Shown here one piece after another: positions 25,791 through 40,080 of a stretch of 64,000 bases of DNA. Within the stretch, counting starts at the first letter, position 1, and every line of letters begins with the position of its first letter. The stretch is from the human T2T-CHM13v2.0 reference genome, Homo sapiens, in assembly GCF_009914755.1 (NCBI RefSeq), contig NC_060929.1, one strand, 5' to 3'. Made by a program: the position numbers and the translations under genes. The notes under the pieces were generated by a model. The model made no database searches. It saw nothing but the letters and a program-made list of their open reading frames with translations, and had not been told where the DNA came from.

Positions 25791-28700
25791 AGCAGACTTG
25801 AAACACTCTTTTTGTGGAATTTGCAAGTGGAGATTTCAGCCGCGTTGAGGTCAATGGTAGAAAAGGAAATATCTTCGTATAAAAACTAGACAGAATGATT
25901 CTCAGAAACTCCTTTGTGATGTGTGTGTTCAACTCACAGAGTTTAACCTTACTTTTCATAGAGCAGTTAGGAAACACTCTGTTTGTAAAGTCTGCAAGTG
26001 GATATTCAGACCTCTTTGAGGCCTTCGTTGGAAACGGGTTTTTTTCATATAAGGCTAGACAGAAGAATTCCCAGTAACTTCCTTGTGTTGTGTGTGTTCA
26101 ACTCACAGAGATGAACTCTCATTTACACAGAGCAGATTTGAAACTCTCTTTTTGTGGAATTTGCAAATGGAGATTTCAAGCGCTTTGAGGCCAAAGGCAG
26201 AAAAGGAAATATCTTCGTATAAAAACTAGACAGAATCATTCTCAGAAACTGCTCTGCGATATGTGCGTTCAACTCTCAGAGTTTAACTTTTCTTTTCATT
26301 CAGCAGTTTGGAAACACTCTGTTTGTAAAGTCTGCATGTGCGTAATTTGACCACTTAGAGGCCTTCGTTGGAAACAGGTTTTGTTCATGTAAGGCTAGAC
26401 AGAAGAATTCTCAGTAACTTCCTTGTGTTGTGTGTATTCAACTCACAGAGTTGAACGATCCTTTACACAGAGCAGACTTGTAACACTGTTTTTGTGGAAT
26501 TTGCAAGTGGAGATTTCAGCCGCTTTGAAGTCAAAGGTAGAAAAGGAAATATCTTCCTATAAAAACTAGACAGAATGATTCTCAGAAACTTCTTTGTGAT
26601 GTGTGCGTTCAACTCACAGAGTTTAACCTTTCTTTTCATAGAGCAGTTAGGAAACACTGTGTTTTTAAACTGTGCAAGTGGATATTCAGACCTCTTTGAG
26701 GCCTTCGTTGGAAACGGGATTTCTTCATGCTGTGCTAGACAGAAGAATTCTCAGTAACTTCCTTGTGTTGTGTGTATTCAACTCACAGAGTTGAACGATC
26801 CTTTACACAGAGCAGACTTGAAACACTCTTTTTGTGGAATTTGCAAGTGGAGATTTCAGCCGCGTTGAGGTCAATGGTAGAAAAGGAAATATCTTCGTAT
26901 AAAAACTAGACAGAATGATTCTCAGAAACTCCTTTGTGATGTGTGTGTTCAACCCACAGAGTTTAACCTTTCTTTTCATAGAGCAGTTAGGAAACACTCT
27001 GTTTGTAAAGTCTGCAAGTGGATATTCCGACCTCTTTGAGGCCTTCGTTGGAAACGGGGTTTTTCATATAAGGCTAGACAGAAGAATTCCCAGTGACTTC
27101 CTTGTGTTGTGTGTGTTCAACTCACAGAGTTGAAGTTTCATTTACACAGAGCAGATTTGAAACACTGTTTTTGTGGAATTTGCAAGTGGAGATTTCAGCC
27201 GCTTTGAAGTCAAAGGTAGAAAAGGAAATATCTTCCTATAAAAACTACACAGAATGATTCTCAGAAACTTCTTTGTGATGTGTGCGTTCAACTCACAGAG
27301 TTTAACCTTTCTTTTCATAGAGCAGTTAGGAAACACTCTGTTTGTAAACTCTGCAAGTGGATATTCAGACCTCTTTGAGGCCTTCGTTGGAAACGGGATT
27401 TCTTCATACTGTGCTAGACAGAAGAATTCTCAGTAACTTCCTTGTGTTGTGTGTATTCAACTCACAGAGTTGAGCGATCCTTTACACAGAGTAGATTTGA
27501 AACACTCTTTTTGTGGAATTTGAAAGTGGAGATTTCAGCCGCTTTGAGGTCAATGGTAGAAAAGGAAATATCTTCGTATAAAAACTAGACAGAATGATTC
27601 TCAGAAACTTCTTTGTGATGTGTGCGTTCAACTCACAGAGTTTAACCTTTCTTTTCATAGAGCAGTTAGGAAACACTCTGTTTGTAAACTCTGCAAGTGG
27701 ATATTCAGACCTCTTTGAGGCCTTCGTTGGAAACGGGATTTCTTCATACTGTGCTAGACAGAAGAATTCTCAGTAACTTCCTTGTGCTGTGTGTATTCAA
27801 CTCACAGAGTTGAACGATCCTTTACACAGAGCGGACTTGAAACACTCTTTTTGTGGAATTTGCAAGTGGAGATTTCAGCCGCGTTGAGGTCAATGGTAGA
27901 AAAGGAAATATCTTCGTATAAAAACTAGACAGAATGATTCTCAGAAACTCCTTTGTGATGTGTGTGTTCAACTCACAGAGTTTAACCTTTCTTTTCATAG
28001 AGCAGTTAGGAAACACTCTGTTTGTAAAGTCTGCAAGTGGATATTCAGACCTCTTTGAGGCCTTCGTTGGAAACGGGTTTTTTTCATATAAGGTTAGACA
28101 GAAGAATTCCCAGTAACTTCCTTGTGTTGTGTGTGTTCAACTCACAGAGATGAACTCTCATTTACACAGAGCAGATTTGAAACTCTCTTTTTGTGGAATT
28201 TGCAAATGGAGATTTCAAGCGCTTTGAGGCCAAAGGCAGAAAAGGAAATATCTTCGTATAAAAACTAGACAGAATCATGATCAGAAACTGCTCTGCGATG
28301 TGTGCGTTCAACTCTCAGAGTTTAACTTTTCTTTTCATTCAGCAGTTTGGAAACACTCTGTTTGTAAAGTCTGCACGTGGATAATTTGACCACTTAGAGG
28401 CCTTCGTTGGAAACAGGTTTTTTTCATGTAAGGCTAGACAGAAGAATTCTCAGTAACTTCCTTGTGTTGTGTGTATTCAACTCACACAGTTGAACGATCC
28501 TTTACACAGAGCAGACTTGTAACACTCTTTTTGTGGAATTTGCAAGTGGAGATTTCAGCCGCTTTGAAGTCAAAGGTAGAAAAGGAAATATCTTCCTATA
28601 AAAACTAGACAGAATGATTCTCAGAAACTCCTTTGTGATGTGTGCGTTCAACTCACCGAGTTTAACCTTTCTTTTCATAGAGCAGTTAGGAAACACTCTG

Positions 28701-31700
28701 TTTGTAAAGTCTGCAAGTGGATATTCAGACCTCTTTGAGGCCTTCGTTGGAAACGGCTATTTTTCATATAAGGCTAGACAGAAGAATTCCCAGTAACTTC
28801 CTTGTGTTGTGTACATTCAACTCACAGAGTTGAACGTTCCCTTAGACAGAGCAGATTTGAAACACTCTTTTTGTGCAATTGGAAAGTGGAGATTTCAAGC
28901 GCTTTAAGGTCAATGGCAGAAAAGGAAATATCTTCGTTTCAAAACTAGACAGAATCATTCCCACAAGCTGCGTTGTGATGTGTTCGTTCATCTCACAGAG
29001 TTTAACGTTTCTTTTCATAGAGCAGTTAGGAAACAGTCTGTTTGCAAATTCTATAAGTGGATATTCTGACATCTTGTGGCCTTCGTTGGAAACGGGATTT
29101 CTTCATATTCTGCTAGACAGAAGAATTCTCAGAATCTTCCTTGTGTTGTGTGTATTCAACTCACAGAGTTGAACGATGGTTTACACAGAGCAGATTTGAA
29201 ACACTCTTTTGGTGGAATTTGCAAGTGGAGATTTCAGCCGCTTTGAGGTCAATGGTAGAAAAGGAAATATCTTCGTATAAAAACTAGACAGAATGATTCT
29301 CAGAAACTTCTTTGTGATGTGTGCGTTCAACTCACAGAGTTTAACCTTTCTTTTCATAGAGCAGTTAGGAAACACTCGGTTTGTAAACTCTGCAAGTGGA
29401 TATTCAGACCTCTTTGAGGCCTTCGTTGGAAACGGGATTTCTTCATACTGTGCTAGACAGAAGAATTATCAGTAACTTCCTTGTGTTGTGTGTATTCAAC
29501 TCACAGAGTTGAACGATCCTTTACACAGAGCAGACTTGAAACACTCTTTTTGTGGAATTTGCAAGTGGAGATTTCAGCCGCGTTGAGGTCAATGGTAGAA
29601 AAGGAAATATCTTCGTATAAAAACTAGACAGAATGATTCTCAGAAACTCCTTTGTGATGTGTGTGTTCAACTCACAGAGTTTAACCTTTCTTTTCATAGA
29701 GCAGTTAGGAAACACTCTGTTTGTAAAGTCTGCAACTGGATATTCAGACCTCTTTGAGGCCTTCGTTGGAAACGGGTTTTTTTCATATAAGGCTAGACAG
29801 AAGAATTCCCAGTAACTTCCTTGTGTTGTGTGTGTTCAACTCACAGAGTTGAACTTTCATTTACACAGAGCAGATTTGAAACACTCTTTTTGTGGAATTT
29901 GCAAGTGGAGATTTCAAGCGCTTTGAGGCCAAAGGCAGAAAAGGAAATATCTTCGTATAAAAACTAGACAGAATCATTCTCAGAAACTGCTCTGCGATGT
30001 GTGCGTTCAACTCTCAGAGTTTAACTTTTCTTTTCATTCAGCAGTTTGGAAACACTCTGTTTGTAAAGTCTGCACGTGGATATTTTGACCACTTAGAGGC
30101 CTTCGTTGGAAACGGGTTTTTTTCCTGTAAGGCTAGACAGAAGAATTCCCAGTAACTTCCTTGTGTTGTGTACATTCAACTCACAGAGTTGAACGTTCCC
30201 TTAGACAGAGCAGATTTGAAACACTCTTTTTGTGCAATTGGCAAGTGGAGATTTCAAGCGCTTTGAGGTCAATGGCAGAAAAGGAAATATCTTCGTTTCA
30301 AAACTAGACAGAATCATTCCCACAAACTGCGTTGTGATGTGTTCGTTCAACTCACAGAGTTTAACCTTTCTTTTCATAGAGCAGTTAGGAAACAGTCTGT
30401 TTGTAAATTCTGTAAGTGGATATTCTGACATCTTGTGGCCTTCGTTGGAAACGGGATTTCTTCATATTCTGCTAGACAGAAGAATTCTCAGAATCTTCCT
30501 TGTGTTGTGTGTATTCAACTCACAGAGTTGAACGATGGTTTACACAGAGCAGATTTGAAAAACTCTTTTGGTGGAATTTGCAAGTGGAGATTTCAGCCGT
30601 TTTGAGGTCACTGGTAGAAAAGGAAATATCTTCGTATAAAAACTAGACAGAATGATTCTCAGAAACTTCTTTGTGATGTGTGCGTTCAACTCACAGAGTT
30701 TAACCTTTCTTTTCATAGAGCAGTTAGGAAACACTGTGTTTTTAAACTGTGCAAGTGGATATTGAGACCTCTTTGAGGCCTTCTTTGGAAACGGGATTTC
30801 TTCATACTGTGCTAGACAGAAGAATTCTCAGTAACTTCCTTGTGTTGTGTGTATTCAACTCACAGAGTTGAACGATCGTTTACACAGAGCAGACTTGAAA
30901 CACCCTTTTTCTGGAATTTGCAAGTGGAGATTTCAGCCGCGTTGAGGTCAATGGTAGAAAAGGAAATATCTTCGTATAAAAACTGGACAGAATGATTCTC
31001 AGAAACTCCTTTGTGATGTGTGGGTTCAACTCACAGAGTTTAACCTTTCTTTTCATAGAGCAGTTAGGAAACACTCTGTTTGTAAAGTCTGCATGTGGAT
31101 ATTCAGACCTCTTTGAGGCCTTCGTTGGAAACGGGATTTTTTCATATAAGGCTAGACAGAAGAATTCCCAGTAACTTCCTTGTGTTGTGTGTGTTCAACT
31201 CACAGAGTTGAACTTTCATTTACACAGAGCAGATTTGAAACACTCTTTTTGTGGAATTTGCAAATGGAGATTTCAAGCGCTTTGAGGCCAAAGGCAGAAA
31301 AGGAAATATCTTCGTATAAAAACTAGACAGAATCATTCTCAGAAACTGCTCTGCGATGTGTGCGTTCAACTCTCAGAGTTTAACTTTTGTTTTCATTCGG
31401 CAGTTTGGAAACACTCTGTTTGTAAAGTCTGCACGTGGATAATTTGACCACTTAGAGGCCTTCGTTGGAAACGGGTTTTTTTCATGTAAGGCTAGACAGA
31501 AGAATTCTCAGTAACTTCCTTGTGTTGTGCGTATTCAACTCACAGAGTTGAACGTTCCTTTACACAGAGCAGACTTGTAACACTCTTTTTGTGGAATTTG
31601 CAAGTGGAGATTTCAGCCGCTTTGAAGTCAAAGGTAGAAAAGGAAATATCTTCCTATAAAAACTAGACAGAATGATTCTCAGAAACTCCTTTGTGATGTG

Positions 31701-34700
31701 TGCGTTCAACTCACAGAGTTTAACCTTTCTTTTCATAGAGCAGTTAGGAAACACTCTGTTTGTAAAGTCTGCAAGTGGATATTCAGACCTCTTTGAGGCC
31801 TTCGTTGGAAACGGGTTTTTTTCATATAAGGCTAGACAGAAGAATTCCCAGTAACTTCCTTGTGTTGTGTACATTCAACTCACAGAGTTGAACGTTCCCT
31901 TAGACAGAGCAGATTTGAAACACTCTTTTTGTGCAATTGGCAAGCGGAGATTTCAAGCGCTTTAAGGTCAATGGCAGAAAAGGAAATATCTTCGTTTCAA
32001 AACTAGACAGAATCATTCCCACAAACTGCGTTGTGATGTGTTCGTTCAACTCACAGAGTTTAACCTTTCTTTTCATAGAGCAGTTAGGAAACAGTCTGTT
32101 TGTAAATTCTGTAAGTGGATATTCTGACATCTTGTGGCCTTCTTTGGAAACGCGATTTCTTCATATTCTGCTAGACAGAAGAATTCTCAGAATCTTCCTT
32201 GTGTTGTGTGTATTCAACTCACAGAGTTGAACGATCCTTTACACAGAGCAGACTTGAAACACTCTTTTTGTGGAATTTGCAAGTGGAGATTTCAGCCGCT
32301 TTGAGGTCCATGGTAGAAAAGGAAATATCTTCGTATAAAAACTAGACAGAATGATTCTCAGAAACTTCTTTGTGATGTGTGCGTTCAACTCACAGAGTTT
32401 AACCTTTCTTTTCATAGAGCAGTTAGGAAACACTCTGTTTGTAAACTCTGCAAGTGGATATTCAGACCTCTTTGAGGCCTTCTTTGGAAACGGGATTTCT
32501 TCATACTGTGCTAGACAGAAGAATTCTCAGTAACTTCCTTGTGTTGTGTGTATTCATCTCACAGAGTTGAACGATCCTTTACACAGAGCGGACTTGAAAC
32601 ACTCTTTTGATGGAATTTGCAAGTGGAGATTTCAGCCGCGTTGAGGTCAATGGTAGAAAAGGAAATATCTTCGTATAAAAACTAGACAGAATGATTCTCA
32701 GAAACTCCTTTGTGATGTGTGTGTTCAACTCACAGAGTTTAACCTTTCTTTTCATAGAGCAGTTAGGAAACACTCTGTTTGTAAAGTCTGCAAGTGGATA
32801 ATCAGACTTCTTTGAGGCATTCGTTGGAAACGGGTTTTTTTCATATAAGGCTAGACAGAAGAATTCCCAGTAACTTCCTTGTGTTGTGTGTGTTCAACTC
32901 ACAGAGTTGAACTTTCATTTACACAGAGCAGATTTGAAACACTCTTTTTGTGGAAATTGCAAATGGAGATTTCAAGCGCTTTGAGGCCAAAGGCAGAAAA
33001 GGAAATATCTTCGTATAAAAACTAGACAGAATCATTCTCAGAAACTGCTCTGCGATGTGTGCGTTCAACTCTCAGAGTTTGACTTTTCTTTTCATTCAGC
33101 AGTTTGGAAACACTCTGTTTGTAAAGTCTGCACGTGGATAATTTGACCACTTAGAGGCCTTCATTGGAAACGGGTTTTTTTCATGTAAGGCTAGACAGAA
33201 GAATTCTCAGTAACTTCCTTGTGTTGTGTGTATTGAACTCACAGAGTTGAACGATCCTTTACACAGAGCAGACTTGTAACACTCTTTTTGTGGAATTTGC
33301 AAGTGGAGATTTCAGCCACTTTGAAGTCAAAGGTAGAAAAGGAAATATCTTCCTATAAAAACTAGACAGAATGATTCTCAGAAACTCCTTTGTGATGTGT
33401 GCGTTCAACTCACAGAGTTTAACCTTTCTTTTCATAGAGCAGTTAGGAAACACTCTGTTTGTAAAGTCTGCAAGTGGATATTCAGACCTCTTTGAGGCCT
33501 TCGTTGGAAACGGGATTTTTTCATATAAGGCTAGACAGAAGAATTCCCAGTAACTTCCTTGTGTTGTGTGTGTTCAACTCACAGAGTTGAACTTTCGTTT
33601 ACACAGAGCAGATTTGAAACACTCTTTTTGTGGAATTTGCAAGTGGAGATTTCAAGCGCTTTGAGGCCAAAGGCAGAAAAGGAAATATCTTCGTATAAAA
33701 ACTAGACAGAATCATTCTCAGAAACTGCTCTGCGATGTGTGTGTTCACCTCTCAGAGTTTAACTTTTCTTTTCCTTCAGCAGTTTGGAAACACTCTGTTT
33801 GTAAAGTCTGCACGTGGATAATTTGACCACTTAGAGGCCTTCGTTGGAAACGGGTTTTTTTCATGTAAGGCTAGACAGAAGAATTCTCAGTAACTTCCTT
33901 GTGTTGTGTGTATTCAACTCACAGAGTTGAGCGATCCTTTACACAGAGTAGATTTGAAACACTCTTTTTGTGGAATTTGAAAGTGGAGATTTCAGCCGCT
34001 TTGAGGTCAATGGTAGAAAAGGAAATATCTTCGTATAAAAACTAGACAGAATGATTCTCAGAAACTTCTTTGTGATGTGTGCGTTCAACTCACAGAGTTT
34101 AACCTTTCTTTTCATAGAGCAGTTAGGAAACACTCTGTTTGCAAACTCTGCAAGTGGATATTCAGAACTCTTTGAGGCCTTCGTTGGAAACGGGATTTCT
34201 TCATACTGTGCTAGACAGAAGAATTCTCAGTAACTTCCTTGTGCTGTGTGTATTCAACTCACAGAGTTGAACGATCCTTTACACAGAGTGGACTTGAAAC
34301 ACTCTTTTTGTGGAATTTGCAAGTGGAGATTTCAGCCGCGTTGAGGTCAATGGTAGAAAAGGAAATATCTTCGTATAAAAACTAGACAGAATGATTCTCA
34401 GAAACTCCTTTGTGATGTGTGTGTTCAACTCACAGAGTTTAACCTTTCTTTTCATAGAGCAGTTAGGAAACACTCTGTTTGTAAAGTCTGCAAGTGGATA
34501 TTCAGACCTCTTTGAGGCCTTCGTTGGAAACGGGTTTTTTTCATATAAGGTTAGACAGAAGAATTCCCAGTAACTTCTTTGTGTTGTGTGTGTTCAACTC
34601 ACAGAGATGAACTCTCATTTACACAGAGCAGATTTGAAACTCTCTTTTTGTGGAATTTGCAAATGGAGATTTCAAGCGCTTTGGGGCAAAAGGCAGAAAA

Positions 34701-37700
34701 GGAAATATCTTCGTATAAAAACTAGGCAGAATCATTCTCAGAAACTGCTCTGCGATGTGTGCGTTCAACTCTCAGAGTTTAACTTTTCTTTTCATTCAGC
34801 AGTTTGGAAACACTCTGTTTGTAAAGTCTGCACGTGGATAATTTGACCACTTAGAGGCCTTCGTTGGAAACAGGTTTTTTTCATGTAAGGCTAGACAGAA
34901 GAATTCTCAGTAACTTCCTTGTGTTGTGTGTATTCAACTCACACAGTTGAACGATCCTTTACACAGAGCAGACTTGTAACACTCTTTTTGTGGAATTTGC
35001 AAGTGGAGATTTCAGCCGCTTTGAAGTCAAATGTAGAAAAGGAAATATCTTCCTATAAAAACTAGACAGAATGATTCTCAGAAACTCCTTTGTGATGTGT
35101 GTGTTCAACTCACAGAGTTTAACCTTTCTTTTCATAGAGCAGTTAGGAAACACTCTGTTTGTAAAGTCTGCAAGTGGATATTCAGACCTCTTTGAGGCCT
35201 TCGTTGGAAACGGGTTTTTTTCATATAAGGCTAGACAGAAGAATTCCCAGTAACTTCCTTGTGTTGTGTGTGTTCAACTCACAGAGTTGAACTTTCATTT
35301 ACACAGAGCAGATTTGAAACACTCTTTTTGTGGAATTTGCAAGTGGAGATTTCAAGCGCTTTGAGGCCAAAGGCAGAAAAGGAAATATCTTCGTATAAAA
35401 ACTAGACAGAATCATTCTCAGACACTGCTCTGCGATGTGTGCGTTCAACTCTCAGAGTTTAACTTTTCTTTTCATTCAGCAGTTTGGAAACACTCTGTTT
35501 GTAAAGTCTGCACGTGGATATTTTGACCACTTAGAGGCCTTCGTTGGAAACGGGTTTTTTTCCTGTAAGGCTAGACAGAAGAATTCCCAGTAACTTCCTT
35601 GTGTTGTGTACATTCAACTCACAGAGTTGAACGTTCCCTTAGACAGAGCAGATTTGAAACACTCTTTTTGTGCAATTGGCAAGTGGAGATTTCAAGCGCT
35701 TTGAGGTCAATGGCAGAAAAGGAAATATCTTCGTTTCAAAACTAGACAGAATCATTCCCACAAACTGCGTTGTGATGTGTTCGTTCAACTAACAGAGTTT
35801 AACCTTTCTTTTCATAGAGCAGTTAGGAAACAGTCTGTTTGTAAATTCTGTAAGTGGATATTCTGACATCTTGTGGCCTTCGTTGGAAACGGGATTTCTT
35901 CATATTCTGCTAGACAGAAGAATTCTCAGAATCTTCCTTGTGTTGTGTGTATTCAACTCACAGAGTTGAACGATGGTTTACACAGAGCAGATTTGAAACA
36001 CTCTTTTTGTGGAATTTGCAAGTGGAGATTTCAGCCGCTTTGAGGTCACTGGTAGAAAAGGAAATATCTTCGTATAAAAACTAGACAGAATGATTCTCAG
36101 AAACTTCTTTGTGATGTGTGCGTTCAACTCACAGAGTTTAACCTTTCTTTTCATAGAGCAGTTAGGAAACACTGTGTTTTTAAACTGTGCAAGTGGATAT
36201 TCAGACCTCTTTGAGGCCTTCGTTGGAAACGGGATTTCTTCATACTGTGCTAGACAGAAGAATTCTCAGTAACTTCCTTGTGTTGTGTGTATTCAACTCA
36301 CAGAGTTGAACGATCCTTTACACAGAGCAGACTTGAAACACCCTTTTTGTGGAATTTGCAAGTGGAGATTTCAGCCGCGTTGAGGTCAATGGTAGAAAAG
36401 GAAATATCTTCGTATAAAAACTGGACAGAATGATTCTCAGAAACTCCTTTGTGATGTGTGTGTTCAACTCACAGAGTTTAACCTTTCTTTTCATAGAGCA
36501 GTTAGGAAACACTCTGTTTGTAAAGTCTGCAAGTGGATATTCAGACCTCTTTGAGGCCTTCGTTGGAAACGGGATTTTTTCATATAAGGCTAGACAGAAG
36601 AATTCCCAGTAACTTCCTTGTGTTGTGTGTGTTCAACTCACACAGTTGAACTTTCATTTACACAGAGCAGATTTGAAACACTCTTTTTGTGGAATTTGAA
36701 AATGGAGATTTCAAGCGCTTTGAGGCCAAAGGCAGAAAAGGAAATATGTTCGTATAAAAACTAGACAGAATCATTCTCAGAAACTGCTCTGCGATGTGTG
36801 CGTTCAACTCTCAGAGTTTAACTTTTCTTTTCATTCAGCAGTTTGGAAACACTCTGTTTGTAAGGTCTGCAAGTGGATATTCAGACCTCTTTGTGGCCTT
36901 CTTTGGAAACGGGTTTTTTTCATATAAGGCTAGACAGAAGAATTCCCAATAACTTCCTTGTGTTGTGTACATTCAACTCACAGAGTTGAACGTTCCCTTA
37001 GACAGAGCAGATTTGAAACACTCTTTTTGTGCAATTGGCAAGCGGAGATTTCAAGCGCTTTAAGGTCAATGGCAGAAAAGGAAATATCTTCGTTTCAAAA
37101 CTAGACAGAATCATTCCCACAAACTGCGTTGTGATGTGTTCGTTCAACTCACAGAGTTTAACCTTTCTTTTCATAGAGCAGTTAGGAAACAGTCTGTTTG
37201 TAAATTCTGTAAGTGGATATTCTGACATCTTGTGGCCTTCGTTGGAAACGCGATTTCTTCATATTCTGCTAGACAGAAGAATTCTCAGAATCTTCCTTGT
37301 GTTGTGTGTATTCAACTCAAAGAGTTGAACGATCCTTTACACAGAGCAGACTTGAAACTCTCTTTTTGTGGAATTTGCAAGTGGAGATTTCAGCCGCTTT
37401 GAGGTCCATGGTAGAAAAGGAAATATCTTCGTATAAAAACTAGACAGAATGATTCTCAGAAACTTCTTTGTGATGTGTGCGTTCAACTCACAGAGTTTAA
37501 CCTTTCTTTTCATAGAGCAGTTAGGAAACACTCTGTTTGTAAACTCTGCAAGTGGATATTCAGACCTCTTTGAGGCCTTCGTTGGAAACGGGATTTCTTC
37601 ATACTGTGCTAGACAGAAGAATTGTCAGTAACTTCCTTGTGTTGTGTGTATTCATCTCACAGAGTTGAACGATCCTTTACACAGAGCGGACTTGAAACAC

Positions 37701-40080
37701 TCTTTTGATGGAATTTGCAAGTGGAGATTTCAGCCACGTTGAGGTCAATGGTAGAAAAGGAAATATCTTCGTATAAAAACTAGACAGAATGATTCTCAGA
37801 AACTCCTTTGTGATGTGTGTGTTCAACTCACAGAGTTTAACCTTTCTTTTCATAGAGCAGTTAGGAAACACTCTGTTTGTAAAGTCTGCAAGTGGATAAT
37901 CAGACCTCTTTGAGGCCTTCGTTGGAAACGGGTTTTTTTCATATAAGGCTAGACAGAAGAATTCCCAGTAACTTCCTTGTGTTGTGTGAGTTCAACTCAC
38001 AGAGTTGAACTTTCATTTACACAGAGCAGATTTGAAACACTCTTTTTGTGGAATTTGCAAGTGGAGATTTCAAGCGCTTTGACGCCAAAGGCAGAAAAGG
38101 AAATATCTTCGTATAAAAATTAGACAGAATCATTCTCAGAAACTGCTCTGCGATGTGTGCGTTCAACTCTCAGAGTTTAACTTTTCTTTTCATTCAGCAG
38201 TTTGGAAACACTCTGTTTGTAAAGTCTGCACGTGGATATTTTGACCACTTAGAGGCCTTCGTTGGAAACGGGTTTTTTTCCTGTAAGGCTAGACAGAAGA
38301 ATTCCCAGTAACTTCCTTGTGTTGTGTACATTCAACTCACAGAGTTGAACGTTCCCTTAGACAGAGCAGATTTGAAACACTCTTTTTGTGCAATTGGCAA
38401 GTGGAGATTTCAAGCGCTTTGAGGTCAATGGCAGAAAAGGAAATATCTTCGTTTCAAACTAGACAGAATCATTCCCACAAACTGCGTTGTCATGTGTTCG
38501 TTCAACTCACAGAGTTTAACCTTTCTTTTCATAGAGCAGTTAGGAAACAGTCTGTTTGTAAATTCTGTAAGTGGATATTCTGACATCTTGTGGCCTTCGT
38601 TGGTAACGGGATTTCTTCATATTCTGCTAGACAGAAGAATTCTCAGAATCTTCCTTGTGTTGTGTGTATTCAACTCACAGAGTTGAACGATGGTTTACAC
38701 AGAGCAGATTTGAAACACTCTTTTGGTGGAATTTGCAAGTGGAGATTTCAGCCGCCTTGACGTCAATGGTAGAAAAGGAAATATCTTCGTATAAAAACTA
38801 GACAGAATGATTCTCAGAAACTTCTTTGTGATGTGTGCGTTCAACTCACAGAGTTTAACCTTTCTTTTCATAGAACAGTTAGGAAACACTCTGTTTGTAA
38901 ACACTGCAAGTGGATATTCAGACCTCTTTGAGGCCTTCGTTGGAAACGGAATTTCTTCATACTATGCTAGACAGAAGAATTCTCAGTAACTTCCTTGTGT
39001 TGTGTGTATTCAACTCACAGAGTTGAACGATCCTTTACACAGAGCAGACTTGAAACACTCTTTTTGTGGAATTTGCAACTGGAGATTTCAGCCGCGTTGA
39101 GGTCAATGGTAGAAAAGGAAATATCTTCGTATAAAAACTGGACAGAATGATTCTCAGAAACTCCTTTGTGATGTGTGTGTTCAACTCACAGAGTTTAACC
39201 TTTCTTTTCATAGAGCAGTTAGGAAACACTCTGTTTGTAAAGTCTGCAAGTGGATATTCAGACCTCTTTGAGGCCTTCGTTGGAAACGGGTTTTTTTCAT
39301 ATAAGGCTAGACAGAAGAATTCCCAGTAACTTCCTTGTGTTGTGTGTGTTCAACTCACAGAGTTGAACTTTCATTTACACAGAGCAGATTTGAAACACTC
39401 TTTTTGTGGAATTTGCAAGTGGAGATTTCAAGCGCTTTGAGGCCAAAGGCAGAAAAGGAAATATCTTCGTATAAAAACTAGACAGAATCATTCTCAGAAA
39501 GTGCTCTGCGATGTGTGCGTTCAACTCTCAGAGTTTAACTTTTCTTTTCATTCAGCAGTTTGGAAACACTCTGTTTGTAAAGTCTGCACGTGGATAATTT
39601 GACCACTTAGAGGCCTTCGTTGGAAACGGGTTTTTTTCATGTAAGGCTAGACAGAAGAATTCTCAGTAACTTCCTTGTGTTGTGTGTATTCAACTCACAG
39701 AGTTGAACGATCCTTTACACAGAGCAGACTTGTAACACTCTTTTTGTGGAATTTGCAAGTGGAGATTTCAGCCGCTTTGAAGTCAAAGGTAGAAAAGGAA
39801 ATATCTTCCTATAAAAACTAGACAGAATGATTCTCAGAAACTCCTTTGTGATGTGTGCGTTCAACTCACAGAGTTTAACCTTTCTTTTCATAGAGCAGTT
39901 AGGAAACACTCTGTTTGTAAAGTCTGCAAGTGGATATTCAGACCTCTTTGAGGCCTTCGTTGGAAACGGGTTTTTTTCATATAAGGCTAGACAGAAGAAT
40001 TCCCAGTAACTTCCTTTTGTTGTGTGTGTTCAACTCACAGAGTTGAACTTTCACTTACACAGAGCAGATTTGAAACACTC

